A stretch of 64,000 nucleotides of DNA from Schmidtea polychroa (taxonomy: Eukaryota). The DNA lies in the NCBI GenBank assembly GCA_044892525.1, contig CM097885.1, positions 23,190,001 to 23,254,000 of the forward strand, written 5' to 3'. Positions 35,407-49,847 of the stretch are shown in pieces (position 1 is the stretch's first letter; each line of letters opens with the position of its first letter). The notes under the pieces were generated by a model. It was not told where the DNA came from, did no database searches, and was given only the letters and a program-made list of their open reading frames with translations. A program made the translations under genes and the position numbers.

Positions 35407-38400
35407 TTTATGTATTAAAATAATCGTAAAAAAAAAGAAGGTTTGAAAATATAGTATTTCAATCAAAAATGAAGGTTGTTTAAAATGTGAAAATTAAGTC
35501 GCGTTTCGAGATTTTTTACAAATAATGCTATTCATTCAATAGACAATAAACAAAATGTTACGATTAATGTTATTAATGCATCAAGAAATACAACACAGAA
35601 AGTATATTTGAAGATCAAAGTTGGCTATTTCTATATAAAAAAAATAATTTTATATTCCAAAATAATTTACTTTTTGTTAATTTAAATAAATCGTGAATAT
35701 TTCTCAATAACCCTTAAATACCCTACCTATCTTAAAATATAAAACCGTTAAAAGCTATATTTCTATGTAAATATTCAAAATTCCCGTGCAAACTAATTTT
35801 ATGAAGCGCAGCTAACTTCATTCTATATTAAAATGTCATATATGATGTATTCTTAGTTTTAGGATTCGAAGAAATTAATGTGTATATTTTAATTTTTAAT
35901 GAAATAGTCAATTAGTCTTGGGCATTTAAGGGCTAATTTATAATTAAAAGTTCAATTACATTTATTTATTAAATATAAAAATGACTATTAAATATTTAAA
36001 AAAGAAATTTGTAAAAGAAATATTTAAAAATAGTAAAGATTAATCTGTTTAAAATTATTTTTGTGCTAAATGATAATATTAAATAATATAAATTTTAATC
36101 AAAATTGATTTTTAATTAAAAATTCGTTTCATACATTTTGTTTTTTAAATTTTTTTTTCGGTTTAGTTTTCATTTTATTTTACATACCATTTGTTATTTA
36201 CTTATTTTTTTGTAGCACTAAATAAATTCTTTTGTGATTTTAAATGATATATATAATAAAATTAATAATATTTTAAATTAATATTCAAATTTTTTGACTC
36301 CCAATTAAATTTTTGTAAATTAAAATCAATCGTCAACATTTCTCAATTATTAATTAAAAGTTCTAATATATTTAGTTATTTATTTTACTATAAAATATAA
36401 AATTTTTAATAGTCCTTTCACTCTTTCCAAATCATATTTGTAAAAATAATATCATGATATTCAATCTTATTCATTTCCACAAACTGCAATGTCTTTTTTA
36501 GAACATGGCTATATGTTTTGTTTTTTTAACAATTTAATTTCACTTGTCTTTATTCCAATCAAAACCCAACAAATTTCCATTGACTGAAGATAGAAAGAAA
36601 ATACATTAACAGTTGTCATCCTAATAATATCATCAAACAATATAATCCAAGAACGTTTTTATGCGGATGTATGGATTTATTTTATAAATGAAATAAAGAT
36701 AAAAAATTTTTATATTTAATAAATTTTTATCACATGTCGCATATATTTTGATTGACTGCAAACTATTAACAAATGACCCCAGTACTCATAAAAAATGCAA
36801 TGTAAACCTTTAAATCATCTAAGTTTATTTGTCATATTTTTTAAATAATGATTAACAAAGTCACCTTAACCTACATTTAAATTATCATAGATTATTCATA
36901 AAACATTCGATTCTCCTAAATAGTGTAATGCCTCCTAAAGCTAGTGATCCAAGCAATAAATTCTCAAAAATTATCCAAAATACTCTAAAAATACTCGAAT
37001 TTCGTCATTATATTCTAAATTTAATATACAAAGATCTTCAATACATCTTAGCCCATTCTATCATTTACCCTCAAATTACCCCAAAACTTAAGGTTCCTTA
37101 AAGATAATATATTTTTTTAAATAACCAAACAAATATAATAAATTATCATTAATATCAAAAACCAATAGATCATTTATATTCCAAGCTCTCTTAATTAGAA
37201 CAAATTACTCTAAATCAGCGATCTTCAAACTTCAAAAGCTCATGAACCTTTATGTGAACAAAATTTATTTATGTATTGAGGTTCTCAGAATCTTAACCTG
37301 ATGGTTCCTATATAAATAAGAACACAAACACTGGTTCAAAAAACTTTATTAAATAATAAAAATTATGTACGCAAAAATAAAATCACCTTTTATAAAAATT
37401 ATGCAATTGTTTTGTTTATTTTTCTTAGTGTGTTTTCTTTGCTATATGTCCCTACTTGCTACTACCTGTACTCGGTTATATAATTTTGTATGCTCGAAAT
37501 TATATTGTAATATCAATTACTGAATTTGGAACTCTTCTTCGTTTAAAATTTTTCGCTGATTTGACTAAGGAAAACTATGGTTTATATATATATTTTTTGT
37601 GGCTCTCCATATCAAGTAAAGAAGTATTTCAAATGTCAGTAGTGTTTGTTTTTTCATAGCCACATTTCTTTTTTTAAAAGTGCAGATCTGTAACTATTTT
37701 TAAGGTTATCTTTATTTTGGTTGGAAGCAGTATATTACCCATTATATTGTGTTTCACTTTGAAAGGTTATCAAAATAAAATTAGGCATTCTTCTGTCACC
37801 AAATATTTGTTTATGATGAAGAGCCTTTAGAAATAGGGAATTGTACAATTTTCTTTGTTTTTAATGGATAAATTACATGTTTTGAATTAAGACCCAAATG
37901 ACGACCAGCTAATACTGATGGGTCCACTCGAACTCTTCTCACCAATAATTTCGCATCAACTAATGGACATATTGGTGCACTGGTTGCACTAAAAAGAGAT
38001 AATGCAGAATCGGACCTTTTCAGTCTTAAAGTGTACATCAACTCCTGAAAGCAAATATTTCGGTTGATCCATAAAATTGAGTTGTAATGACGAGCACATG
38101 GTGAAAACCTTTGAGCCTTATTCCACTTTTTCATTCATCATCTGTTGATGCAAACCCCATAGGATTAAGACATGTATTTTTAGTATCGGAATTGTAATTT
38201 AAAATAGTTTCTATTAAAACTTTGTGAATAAATGTAATATTACCGTCCTCAACCTTGATATTATTAAATCTGAGAACTACATCTTTAAGAAGAGTATGCA
38301 GCAGGAAATTGTTCGTTATTACATCTGCATTGCCATCCAAAACCTTTCTTTCTTTATATACAACCTTGATCTGAACAGTCTATAAAGTCTCGTCCAAATC

Positions 38401-38743
38401 TAAATATTCAGTTTGCGAACAATTAATATACAACTCAATATAATTTCTACTATCAGTAATTGAATTCATAGGAAATACTTGCTCAAATGCCCCAAATACA
38501 ATTACAGCCTGGGATGATGGTCGATCAAATATACATAATTTAGATTTATCACAAATCATTTTTCAAATATAGTTCCATGTCCTTTCACTCGTTTGTTTAT
38601 AAGTGATATTCAATGTCTTTTACGCTTTGAAGCATGAGCTAGGGTTGGGGCTGGGTATGTATCTTTTTGAAACATACTTACAACCCATGGTAGAACTTTC
38701 CATAATTCAACTAGAGCATTTTATTTTAGGGAAGGTAATATTT

Positions 38744-39060
38744 TGTTGGGTATTTGTGAAAGTCGGTAACCTTGTCTGACTCCTTCGTGTCCTTTGAAAC
38801 TAAGTTAAACACCCAACACAAAATCTTTATTCGAGACTAATACAATTACACTTTTGTTACACTTTTTACTGATTCCACCACACTTGATACAACCACTTTT
38901 GCACCTTTCAATACTACTGGAAATCTTACGCAGTGATGAATCTTCCAATGGGAGATGTCCCTTTCTGGTACCCTAAATTATTCAATTGACACTAACTTCA
39001 AAGTTTTCTTTGTTACTCTCACTAAATTTCTCATTTCCTTTTCTTCGAACAACTGGCGGC
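38744..39060 (-). mobile_element. Truncated LTR-like insertion in the core gene
   Basis: Starts TGTTGGG and shares CTGACTCC..CGTGTC..AAATCTTTATT with the solo LTR at 45455. Confidence 0.5.
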
Positions 39061-39754
39061 TCATAATCACGTATTTAGCAGTTTTCATACCAAAACTACC
39101 CATACGTTTAAGAATAGGAAGTGCAAATCTCCCAATTGCTCGCAACCATCCTATCCGTACCGTTTATCAATAAAATATGGTAATTCACTGCCGGATTGGC
39201 TACCACTATACATACTAATAATATCAGAATTAGCAATTTACTTTACGAAAATGTAATGTCAAATGAGTTTTTGAATCTTTAAGTAATTTTAAGTAATTTT
39301 CCAGAATCATCTCTTATATTTATTTCTATATTGTTTACATAAGATGTTGAAACAGGCAAATACATGGAATTTCCTACATTTGTACAACTTCGTCTTGTTC
39401 ATGTTTTTCAATTCATATTGATTTCAATAAAGGAACACTAGAATCACCAACAATGACGGGGTCAATGACATTACTGTAAATGAACATTTGTTGATGAAGT
39501 TTAATTATTTTCGGAAATAAAGTACCTTCATTAATTTTACCATCTTTAACATACATATTTTTGGGTAATCCCAAAGTAGTTTTCAAGTTATTATCAAAAT
39601 GGACACTTGAGAGTGTCTTTAATTTTAAATTTAAATTTTTTATTTTTCGCAAGCTCAACCGATTCGAAAATCATTGCACAATTTTCGATAAATAAGTTTT
39701 TAATTTCATTATATATTTCATTATCTATTTCAGTTACATATAAATCTTCTTTAA

Positions 39755-40050
39755 CCACTTGCGCTATATTGACATGCCAGGCACGTCTTGATGATTTTTT
39801 TCAGAACTGCAAGTGATGTGTATACCACGTCGATAGTATTTGTCGCAAAAACAAAAACGACGTGTTTGCAACGTTGTTGTTGTGAATAATTATTTATATT
39901 CGTGTAAATCTTTTATGTAAGACCCTACCCTCGCGCTAAGCACTGGTCAAACCTCTGAGCTCGCTGACGCGGTGAGGCGTCGATGCCTTACGATACTTTA
40001 TATAGTAGAGCGCGGCTCAGCTACCGAAAATTAAATCATAGCGCAAGTTG
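39755..40050. mobile_element. piggyBac-type MITE, copy 1
   Basis: TIR CCACTTGCGCTAT (one mismatch), TTAA TSD, near-identical to 49848-50143. Confidence 0.92.
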
Positions 40051-40555
40051 TTAAATGTATGAGTAAAGGTTTCGTCATTATAACCCGTTATTATCATCTG
40101 AATTTTTTCTTTTTTCTCCGTTTCGAATGCAAGAAGTCATATTATAGATTTATTAGTATTGATTTTGTTATATAAATTTGAGAAACCAAATCTTTTGCTT
40201 TTTCAATTGACTCAAGTGTAATGCTGAATGATGCACACTTTGAGGTGGCATGTGATGCATAATCATAATGACTGATTTCATTGGAATTATAATCCATTTG
40301 AGTTACTGAAAAATATTTTTTCTTTGTTATGGATGAAAATTATTTTATTTTCTTTAATCAGTTCCATCTTTGTGTATGTGATTGTAGATTTACTGTAAAA
40401 TGGAAAGAGTTTATACACAAAAGTGTAATCCAACAAATCAACTTCCCAGTCACTATCTAAATAAATTGGATTGAAGATCAATTATGAATTTGCTGGCTTG
40501 ATTGTTTGTGTGAATTAATGGACAACTATTACTCGGTAAGATAGTATAGAAATTC

Positions 40556-43500
40556 CCCATTTCTTTGTATTGATGCTTGGTAATCAGAAATCTAGCTAAG
40601 AACGGTATGCAATCAATAATCAATTTCCATGACCAACCAGATATAACATATATTTGGTGGGTAGTTAGTATTTGAGATTATTACTTTCGTCATCACTATC
40701 ATAACATAAATTCCAATCAATCCTGCACACGCTTGTCCTAAAAACATAAATTTTCCCCATATCTTTTTCATCGTATTATACGTTGCCTTTTTATAATGAT
40801 CTGGTGTTAATAGATAGTCATAGTTTACTTTTCCTTCGCCTCCTGGTAGTAGTATCAATCATATCAGTTATTACTCGTTCCTTTTTCGACGGAAATAACA
40901 AATTCATTCTGGCTTCCTCAACATCTTCAGAATATAATCCGGTTTGTGCTAATTTATCCAATGATGTGAAATTTATTAAATACTCAAGTTTCGTTAATTC
41001 AAGCTTTTCTGGAGTTTTTACTCCCTTGTGATCTGATAATGATATCCATGAATCTGATGTTAATCGATATAATGGTGCGAGTAATCTGTTTCATTTTAAA
41101 GCCTTTGGTTTTACGTCTTCTTCTAACAATATCCGAGTTATTGGTTCCATAAATCTGAGTTTACCATTAACACTAACTGGTAATTCATTTGTGCATTGTT
41201 CGTATTTTATAATTTGTACTGAAATTTCATTGCATTTATAGTTATACAACGCTTCATCAAATATCCTTGCAAATACACCGTTTTCCGATATTAACATAGG
41301 TGCTACCAAATTCGGATTTTTGACCGCCATGGCCATTTTATTTCGTAATATTTCTTTGTTTAATTTACAATCGTTTAATATCATTTCTCGATAAATATTT
41401 TCCACAATGCTTTGACTGTAATGGAATAGATAATCTATTTTGTTATTGAAATAATTTGTCAATTTAATATCTGTACTATGTATTTTAATTTGAGCTTCCT
41501 CGACTCTTTTCTTGGACACATAAATTCTTTTATAATTCGTCTCATACACCGTTTGCCCACACTTATCCACTACTCGTTTTCGTATAAATCTCATTCCATC
41601 GTTCAATAAAGTTGACATCAGAACTACTGGAGTTTTTCTCTTTCTCAATTGCGAAATTTTAACTGTCATATCCGACTTTGCTTCTACGTTCAAACTTTCC
41701 GGTCTATCTCTCAACTGTTCGCCACTCATTTCATTGAAACTCATTGATTTCAAATGAATCAAATTACATAAATTTGTCTTTACTTCATATACCAAAATCG
41801 ATTCTGCTGTCTGACAACTGGTCTGTTTCATATTACATAATGGATGAGTTTGTAGTTTACCTGTATCATCGTTAAAAGCTCCTTTAAATTCTCTCAATTC
41901 TGTTAAATATTCTTCCATCACAACAACTCTATCAATAATTTGACCATTCATTTTATATGGTTCGCCTTCACAATCATCATTGGCCTTTATCGTCCCCTTT
42001 CCGATAATCGTTTCTCGTATTGCATGATTCAATTTAGCCTTCAATTTAATTTCGGGGCTTATTTTCAGTTCTCCGGTCTGGAATGCAGCCATGTAATTTT
42101 CTGGGTTTACATCAACTGGCCTCGGTATTGCATACATTTTAATTAATGATGTGTGACTCCATTTGCCAGAATAAAAGATAAAACTTGTTCTTTTCACAAT
42201 ACATTCTCTTACCGTGGCATGTCTGAATCCAAACTCTTGGTATACATAATATTTTACGTCATTTTCCACTATCAAACTCAGTGGATGTACATCTAGACAT
42301 TCTGTAATGTCTACCATAGAAAATATCTTTCCCATTTTTGTTTGAGAAAAGTCGTATGCGATCAGAGACGTCGTTTGAGTTGTAATTGCACATAATATTA
42401 TAATCATGAACATTAAGAATGGAAATTTAATGGTTTTTCGTTTCAAGGCTCCTTTAAGGTTTTCTCTCATTTCGACAGCTGGTTTCATTTTTTGTTTAAT
42501 CAGCTTTTCCCAACCTCCATTTTCTTTAATCCATTTGCCAACATACTTATGTAAAACTCTACTTGCCGTTTTAATTATTTCCCCTGGTTTTTCCATATCT
42601 GAGCAATCATATGTGCCGATCTCTAACAAAATATAACTCATAATTGTTAATACCATATCTTTATCCATTTCTCCTGTCATCATCTCAGTTATCACACTAT
42701 CATCGCAAAATTCCATACTTTCTTTTACTTGTTTCAACACTACACAAAATCTCTTTTCAATTTTCTTTGCGATTTTTCTTACATATTTCTCTACTTGTAA
42801 TTTCTCTGTTGATACACCATATAATTCATTTACTAGAGCACGTACAACTTTCTCAGTTTCCTTTGAGTTTTTCTGATTTCTTTCTTCTTGAAATCTTTGT
42901 ATTATTTTACATCTCATTTCATACAAATTTCTACATTGTTTTTCTTTAATTTCATTGTCTATCGTCATTTCTGTCATATATGGCTCATTTTTAAATTCAG
43001 TTTTTATCTCATTTTTAACAATAATCTCCTCAGCTTCATTTTCTATTTCATCTTTTTCAGTCTTCATCTCATTATTAACAATAATCTCTTCAGTTTTATA
43101 TTCTATTAAATTTCTTCGCATTTCTTGTTCATCGTGCATCTCATCATCATTACTCATTATCGCAGTTTTCCAATTTGTTAATTCCATTTTAAAGCTTCCT
43201 TCTACTTCCTTTAATTCAAATTGTTTCATCGCAACTAATTCATTAATAAACAATTCCTGATTCGTCAAAGATCCATTTTCATCAAATTTTCGTGGTACGC
43301 AGCCACAATCAAATAAATACTCATCATCGTCTAACTAAAAACCTTTATACGTATATACAATTATTCCATTTCTGCTGCTCTCCGTCGTATTTTACTCACT
43401 TTCCTACAACAATGCTCTTTGGTACATTTCACTTCTTGATCATTTATTTTTAAAATTATTATGAATGGCTCAATATGAACTCCTTTTTCTCTAAATTCTT

Positions 43501-44170
43501 TTCCAAATTTATGAATAAGCGTTTTTATCATTTCACTATATTTATTATCACAATTCACATAGGGTCTGATATAATCTAAAATTTTTAATTTATCTTTCAC
43601 TTCAAATTCTAAATTAAAAATATCATTTAATTTATCAATAATATCACCTGTATATCCCTTGATCAATGCTTCATTTAATTCAAATTTAATTTTATCGACA
43701 TATTTGACTGGTTTTTAGTTGGCAATCATGCTCATTATTTGTATCTCATTTTCAACACCGTGGATCAATCCACCATCTACCAAAAATTCGTCGTCTTCCA
43801 ACACCCGATTCATAAATCTAAGTTCTACTGCCCAAACTTCACATTTGTGCATTATTTCTCTTTTTAACTCGTTTACCTTTTCATATGCTTCAATTTGATA
43901 CTCGGATTTGGTGCCGCCTGATACATTTGTTTTAATAAATATTGGGTCTAACCATTTGATTTTTCGTAGAGTTTGGCCAAATTCTTTCATATAATTTTCA
44001 AATACATCTCGCTTTTCCACACTTGCTGCATAACATTCCGTACAAAGTCTAATAACAGTTTTAATGTTTGTTAAACTCAACGGTATTTCCGTTAGCTTCA
44101 TTAACACTTCTGTCAATTTCTGAGAGTTTGCGTCAGGTTCTGTTACTAATTTACAATTTATGGATGTTAC
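40556..44170 (-). pseudogene. Polyprotein remnant: repeat domains, Bcl-2-like domain, chuvirus-type glycoprotein
   Basis: KWIKENGGWEKL; signal-like FLMFMIIILCA followed by LIAYDF...EC...RECIVKR...GKWSHTS; GLYS...LLFP; TM WGKFMFLGQACAGLIGIY. Confidence 0.8.
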
Positions 44171-44179
44171 CTTTGTGGA

Positions 44180-44765
44180 AAACGTCAGAGTGAAACTGCT
44201 GCATTGAGTGGCCATCCCAAAGGAATTATTAACTACTTTCTGAGGAAGTATCCGCCAGGAGCAGACACATGTCAACAAGCAACGTTCAGGCCGCTCCAAA
44301 CTTCTGAGCATCCGTACCAACGGCAGCTGAAACGACTTATGATGATTCATCGTTGGTTTTCCCTGTTCAAGTTAGTTTCCACATTTAACATTGGGCCTGT
44401 GCATGTCAGCATGTCTACCATTCGTCACGCATTACATTTTCATGGTTTCTATGGCAGAGACTGCGCAAGTGTAGGAGAACGATTTCACCCTTACTGCATT
44501 CAGTCAATTTTGAAATATGGAGGAGGCTCCATCATGTTTTGGAGTCTTTTCTCATCTTGTGGAACTCGCCCTCTCGTGAAGTGCAGCAATCACATGATGT
44601 CAGTGGAATACCGTGCCATTCTGGAAAATGAGCTTGTTCCCTTTCTCCCAGAAATTGATGGGCTCATTTTCCAACAAGATAATGCATCAATCCATACTTC
44701 ACACATTATGAAGGAATTCTTCTGCAGCACAGCATCAACGTTTTGGATTGGGTTCCACAAATCCC
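44180..44765 (+). pseudogene. Tc1-family transposase fragment
   Basis: KYGGGSIMFW and IFQQDNASIHTS. Confidence 0.88.
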
Positions 44766-44769
44766 TGAT

Positions 44770-45121
44770 AGTAGATGGTAGTGGCACCGCAAAACCTTGG
44801 GCCCGCAAGACCACATACGCCCTCTCCCCCGTGGAAAGAAATTTTTTTTAATTAAAATTTTTTAGAACAAATACAATGACTCATCCGATGAGTCATCAAA
44901 TTATTATTATTATTCAAAATATTATTAGTGGTCTTGCGGGCCCATGGTTTTGGTCATGCAACAAGTTAGTGTTCCCATCATCCGATTATATGAACCGATA
45001 GCTTATTTTAAAGCCCAGTGCAAGATCTATCTACTGATATATAAATATTATTATCACTATTATTTTATACACGGGGTTTTATAGTGGAGCCCTTGGTTTT
45101 GCTGTGCCACTACCATCTACT
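44770..45121. mobile_element. 352-bp miniature element with Polinton-type termini
   Basis: 27-bp TIR AGTAGATGGTAGTGGCACMGCAAAACC; internal motifs shared with the element A TIR; no TSD seen. Confidence 0.75.
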
Positions 45122-45454
45122 CTACTGTTTTTTCTCTTTTATGTCTCTTTTCACAGGTATGATCGAGATTTAGGTGTAACCATACATCGGCAGAATTTAA
45201 TTCTCTACAAAATGGCGCAATTACAATTTCAGTTTGTTGCTTTATGTGTAATACACACGTTTTTACAATAAATTTGTATTTTTTCGCTCGGTTATCGTTA
45301 TTTTCTTAGATTTTTATTCACATAATATATAGATAAAATTTAATTTTCTATAAAATAGCTTGATTAAAAATACACACATGTTTTCTTGATTTTTTTTTAA
45401 TATTAATAATATTTTTTTAAATATTAATAATAGTAATAATAATAATTATAATAT

Positions 45455-46449
45455 TGTTGGGTTATAGTGTTGGTGATAAAATTTAATGTTACTCTGACTC
45501 CAAGCGTGTCTTTATATAATTCACAAATAACACTTGACAACAGAAATCTTTATTGATAATCACAAATAAACTTTCACTTGACACTGACGATAAATTCAAC
45601 ACTCTACTTGGTGACTATACAATGCTTATTACAACACTCGGTGAGGAATAGCACTTGTGTATAACACCGGATTAAAAGATCACAATCACTGATTGGTTTC
45701 TAAACTGGGATTTTGAGCTGGTTGTTTTTTTTGACTTTCGTTCAAACTTTATTCAAATAATCAATAACTTCTTTTCGTTTTATTATTCAGCTAATTCTTC
45801 TCTTCAACTCTTCTCCAATAATTATTTTCCACAATTATTTCCTTTACAATTATTTTGACAATCGTTTATTCAACAAAGTTTCGTCCAACGTCTAATTTTC
45901 TTTGATAATTCTATTTCTCAAATCGTCTCTCAAATCGTTTCTCAAATCGTCTTCCAAATCGTCTCTCAAATCGTTTCTCCCTTTGTTCTAATTTCACGTT
46001 CACCGGTTTTCCTTTATATAGTTCGCTTCTCTTGTGGCACTCCAGATACTCAAGTGTTTTTCCACTTTCTATCTCCTGCTTTCCCCGACTGTCCCATTTT
46101 TATCTCTGACAGCTGTCAAGTTGTTTTGCCCTTTTTCCTTTCTTGTTTGGCTGCCTTCTCCCATCAATTCTATTATCACTCGCAAGCTGTCGAGATAAGG
46201 ATATTGTTGTTTTCCTTTTTCCCTGATTTCAAAATTCCATTTCCTTTTTGTACTAATTAATTAGTACTGACCTTGATTTCTATTTTCTCGTTTGATAAAT
46301 TTTATTTCCTTTCTCTTTCTCATTTTTGATTTCTTTTCACTTCCGTTTTCTTTTCTGAGTCTCTATAGATCGTCCCGTTTGTCATGGCGATCTTCCCCCA
46401 GGTAATTTTATTTATTTCTTTATGAATTATTATTTAGGTATACTCAACA
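45455..46449 (-). mobile_element. Solo LTR (Gypsy-like)
   Basis: TGTTG...CAACA ends, 4-bp TSD ATAT, TATA and AATAAA on the minus strand. Confidence 0.78.
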
Positions 46450-46826
46450 ATATTAATAATGAAAATAATAATAAAATAAAAATAAAAATAATAATATAAA
46501 TAATGAAAATAATAATAATAATAATAATATAATACTTTGTAAATAAAATAAGATTTTTCAAGAAAACAATCATGAAAATATTGAAAATTATGAAAATGTT
46601 GAAAATAATGAAAATGTTAAATAAATCTACCTTAGTGTCAAAATGTGTTTTTAAAATATATTTAAGTTTTAAAATACCGCAACGTAATGTATTTATTCTT
46701 TTCTTATCACTTGCTTATATTTTGATTGGACCAGAAAATATTCATTTTCTTTATAGACAGCTACAATTTTCAAATTTGTCACTTTTATAAAATAATTTTA
46801 CAAAATCATTTTTTACAAATATCAAA

Positions 46827-47060
46827 ATGGATGAACACGATAATATTTTACGCGCCATGATGGCAGGAGAGAACAGTAAATTATTTTATTTTTATTTATT
46901 ATTTTAGTGAATTTATGGTATGAAGTCACCGAGGCCGACAACTATAATCAAGATCTGCCAATTATTTTATTAGTGACGATGAAGAAGATCTTTTATTGAG
47001 TAAATTTATTTTTAAAATTTAATTGAAATTAAAATTATTTAGTAGATCAGCCTATTAAAT
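46827..47060 (+). pseudogene. Fragment homologous to the spliced pPolB leader of element A
   Basis: 49-nt exon 1, 32-nt intron 46876-46907, NLWYEVTE...PII.ISDDEEDL. Confidence 0.75.
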
Positions 47061-47099
47061 TAGGGTAACATGTGGACCCAGGAGCAAAGGAAATTACGT

Positions 47100-47664
47100 C
47101 ACTACCCCGGGGGAGGGGCTAAAAAATTTTAAAATTTTTAACGTCAAATTTTAAGGTCAAAGTCGATTTTAGGCCAGTTTAAGGTCAAATTCAGAGGTCA
47201 ACGTCGATTTTAGGTAATTTTAAAATCAAAATTTAAGGTCAAATGGCTTTTTAGGCCAGTTTAAGGTCAAAATATTTAAACAAATACATATTACATAACA
47301 AAGACATATAACGTCACAAAGACATTTTAGGGAACAAAGACATATGAATCATCAATTTAAACAAAGAACTATTACGTTACAAAGATATTTAAGGATTAAT
47401 GACATATGAATCATCATTTAAACAAAGAACTATTATGTAACAAAGATATATTACATAACAAATTCATATTATGTAACAAAGGCATGACTCTTCATTTTAA
47501 ACAAAGACGTATGAGCCATTATATTTTTTTAATTTCCAAATAAGGTCAAATAATTTCCAAATAAGATCAAATAAGGCCAGAGTTTCAAGCAAGGGTATCA
47601 TTCGAGATGTCTATCCTCTACCAATTATTATTATTATTATTATTATTATTACGCGCGCTGAAAA

Positions 47665-47744
<80 letters not shown>

Positions 47745-47960
47745 ATCAGAGTTTATCCGACATATGGGTAATGGTCAAAAGAGTACTACTCACATTTAAC
47801 ATGTCTCAAAGGGCATATTATAATTATTATTAAATTCTGATCAACTTAAATCAATGAAGGGGTAGGACAAAAATATATTACGTTGCGGTATTTTAAAATT
47901 TAAACATTTTAAAAACTTATTTTGACGATAAAGTTGACTTATTTAACAAAGACATAATAC
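47100..47960 (+). repeat. TIR-like motif array from another Polinton subfamily
   Basis: AAGGTCA, AACAAAG, TGAATCA and TTACATAA repeats plus the inner-TIR cassette. Confidence 0.6.
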
Positions 47961-48046
47961 AATTATTGCACATGCTTTGCATTATTATTATTATTTTTTG
48001 AATTTTCAATATTTTCTTTCAAAGTATTATTTTAACACGCGCGGTA

Positions 48047-48110
<64 letters not shown>

Positions 48111-49847
48111 AAAAAAAACCTAAAATATTGTTTACACACACAACCCATTAACCATTATTATTATTTATTATCAATATTATTATTATTAATATTAGTGAAA
48201 ACCTAAAATATTTTTTACACACACACACAACCCATTAAACTTTATTATTATTATTATTATTATTATTATTTCAAATATTAGTCAAAAACCTAAAATATTT
48301 TTACATACATAAATTATAGGGTAGAGAATTATTATATGTTTGCACTAATTAATTAAATATGAAATTTATGAAAAATCAGTTTTATGTGTTTGCTTTCACA
48401 AAAAATTGTCAATAACTAGCGATAATTTACAATTTTGCATACATTCTATATGCACATACCTTGTTTAACATGGGTGTATATTCTTAATATATGATTATTA
48501 TTATATAGTCAGAGTTTATCCGGCAAGATATTTTGTCCCCCTATGGGTATTGGTCACCAGGATACTACTCACATTCAACATGTCGCAAGGGTATATTAAT
48601 TAAGGTTAATAAATAAAACTTATCACACATACTATTTTTAATAATATTTTAACGATAAAAATCATGACAAAAGAGGACAAGGCAACGTTTATGCATTTAA
48701 TATTGCCAGGCCAAATGAGCAGTACCTGAAAGACACGGTGGATATTTGTTCGCGTCCACAAGGGTCATCTGTGCCACCCCCAGTGGAGTCAGAAGAACCT
48801 GGGCATCATAGTTTTCCGTACGGAACATTACGTCTAGCCTGTCTGGGTAGTCAACTACCAGCACATTCGAAACGTATTAAAATACATTACAAAATACATG
48901 CGTCATTGGCACTATAACCAAATTAATTAATGTTTTCACAACAACAACAATATATATTTACAGAGGCCTCCCACTAGTTGGATTACAACCGCCCACCACG
49001 ATGATCAGCTTCTAAATACATAGTAATTAAGGGATAAAGAGGACCCACCCAACCCTATTATATTTAATTTACAAAGGGTTTTTCACTCTTCTGGATTTAG
49101 TCTGTAATCTATCACAAAATTAATCTCTCCGCCGGGCCATTTGATCGTGATTTCATGGAATACATCTTGCAAATTGGACGTATTTCTTTGCTTAGTGACT
49201 CTGATTCGGTGTCAACTCTCATTGCTAAAATTTGTATTGATTTAAAACAATGCAATTAACTTACGTTATCTAACATTTTATCGTCAGATGCTTGATAAAT
49301 TAAATTCTGCCTGACTAAATCCAATAGCCTGTCTGATTATTTGTGGTATACTTTTTCAATATTATTTCTTATCAATTCCCACCGTAAACATTACTATATT
49401 AACAATAAGGAATTAATTCAAGTCTTACATTAATATTCGACATTACATTAATAATAATCTTTCATATTATTCATGTATGACGAGTACTTTACAATATCTA
49501 ATTGCTAAAACATGGGTTTTTCCCATTTTTCTTGACATTCGTTGAAAGAAAGTTTACATACTTTAAGTCTGATAAGTAAACATTCATGTTGAAGGACACC
49601 CACAATCAGCTAATTTATTTAAGAAATCTCTAAATCCAGAATTATAAAACATAACTCCTTTAGTGTTTCACCATTTTGTCTGGTTCATCTTCATAATCCA
49701 ATAATTCAGGTTTTAGTAAGAAATCTCTATAACACATAATAATATGGATACTAAAACGAAAGAAATAAAGTTATATCAGAAGTATATTTAAATAATTTAA
49801 ATTTAGTTATTTAAACATATTTAAACAATTTAAATTTAGTTATTTAA

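Larger units (their letters stand above)
37690..40555 (-). mobile_element. Decayed Polinton structural module (penton, core, major capsid) related to element A
   Basis: VDAKLLVRRVRVDPSVLAG and KIIKLHQQMFIYSN nearly identical to element A; many stops and two insertions. Confidence 0.9.

Noticed and set aside
48660..49720. Possible decayed non-LTR retrotransposon
   Set aside because: Only a weak GVLQ-like match; cannot be supported by eye
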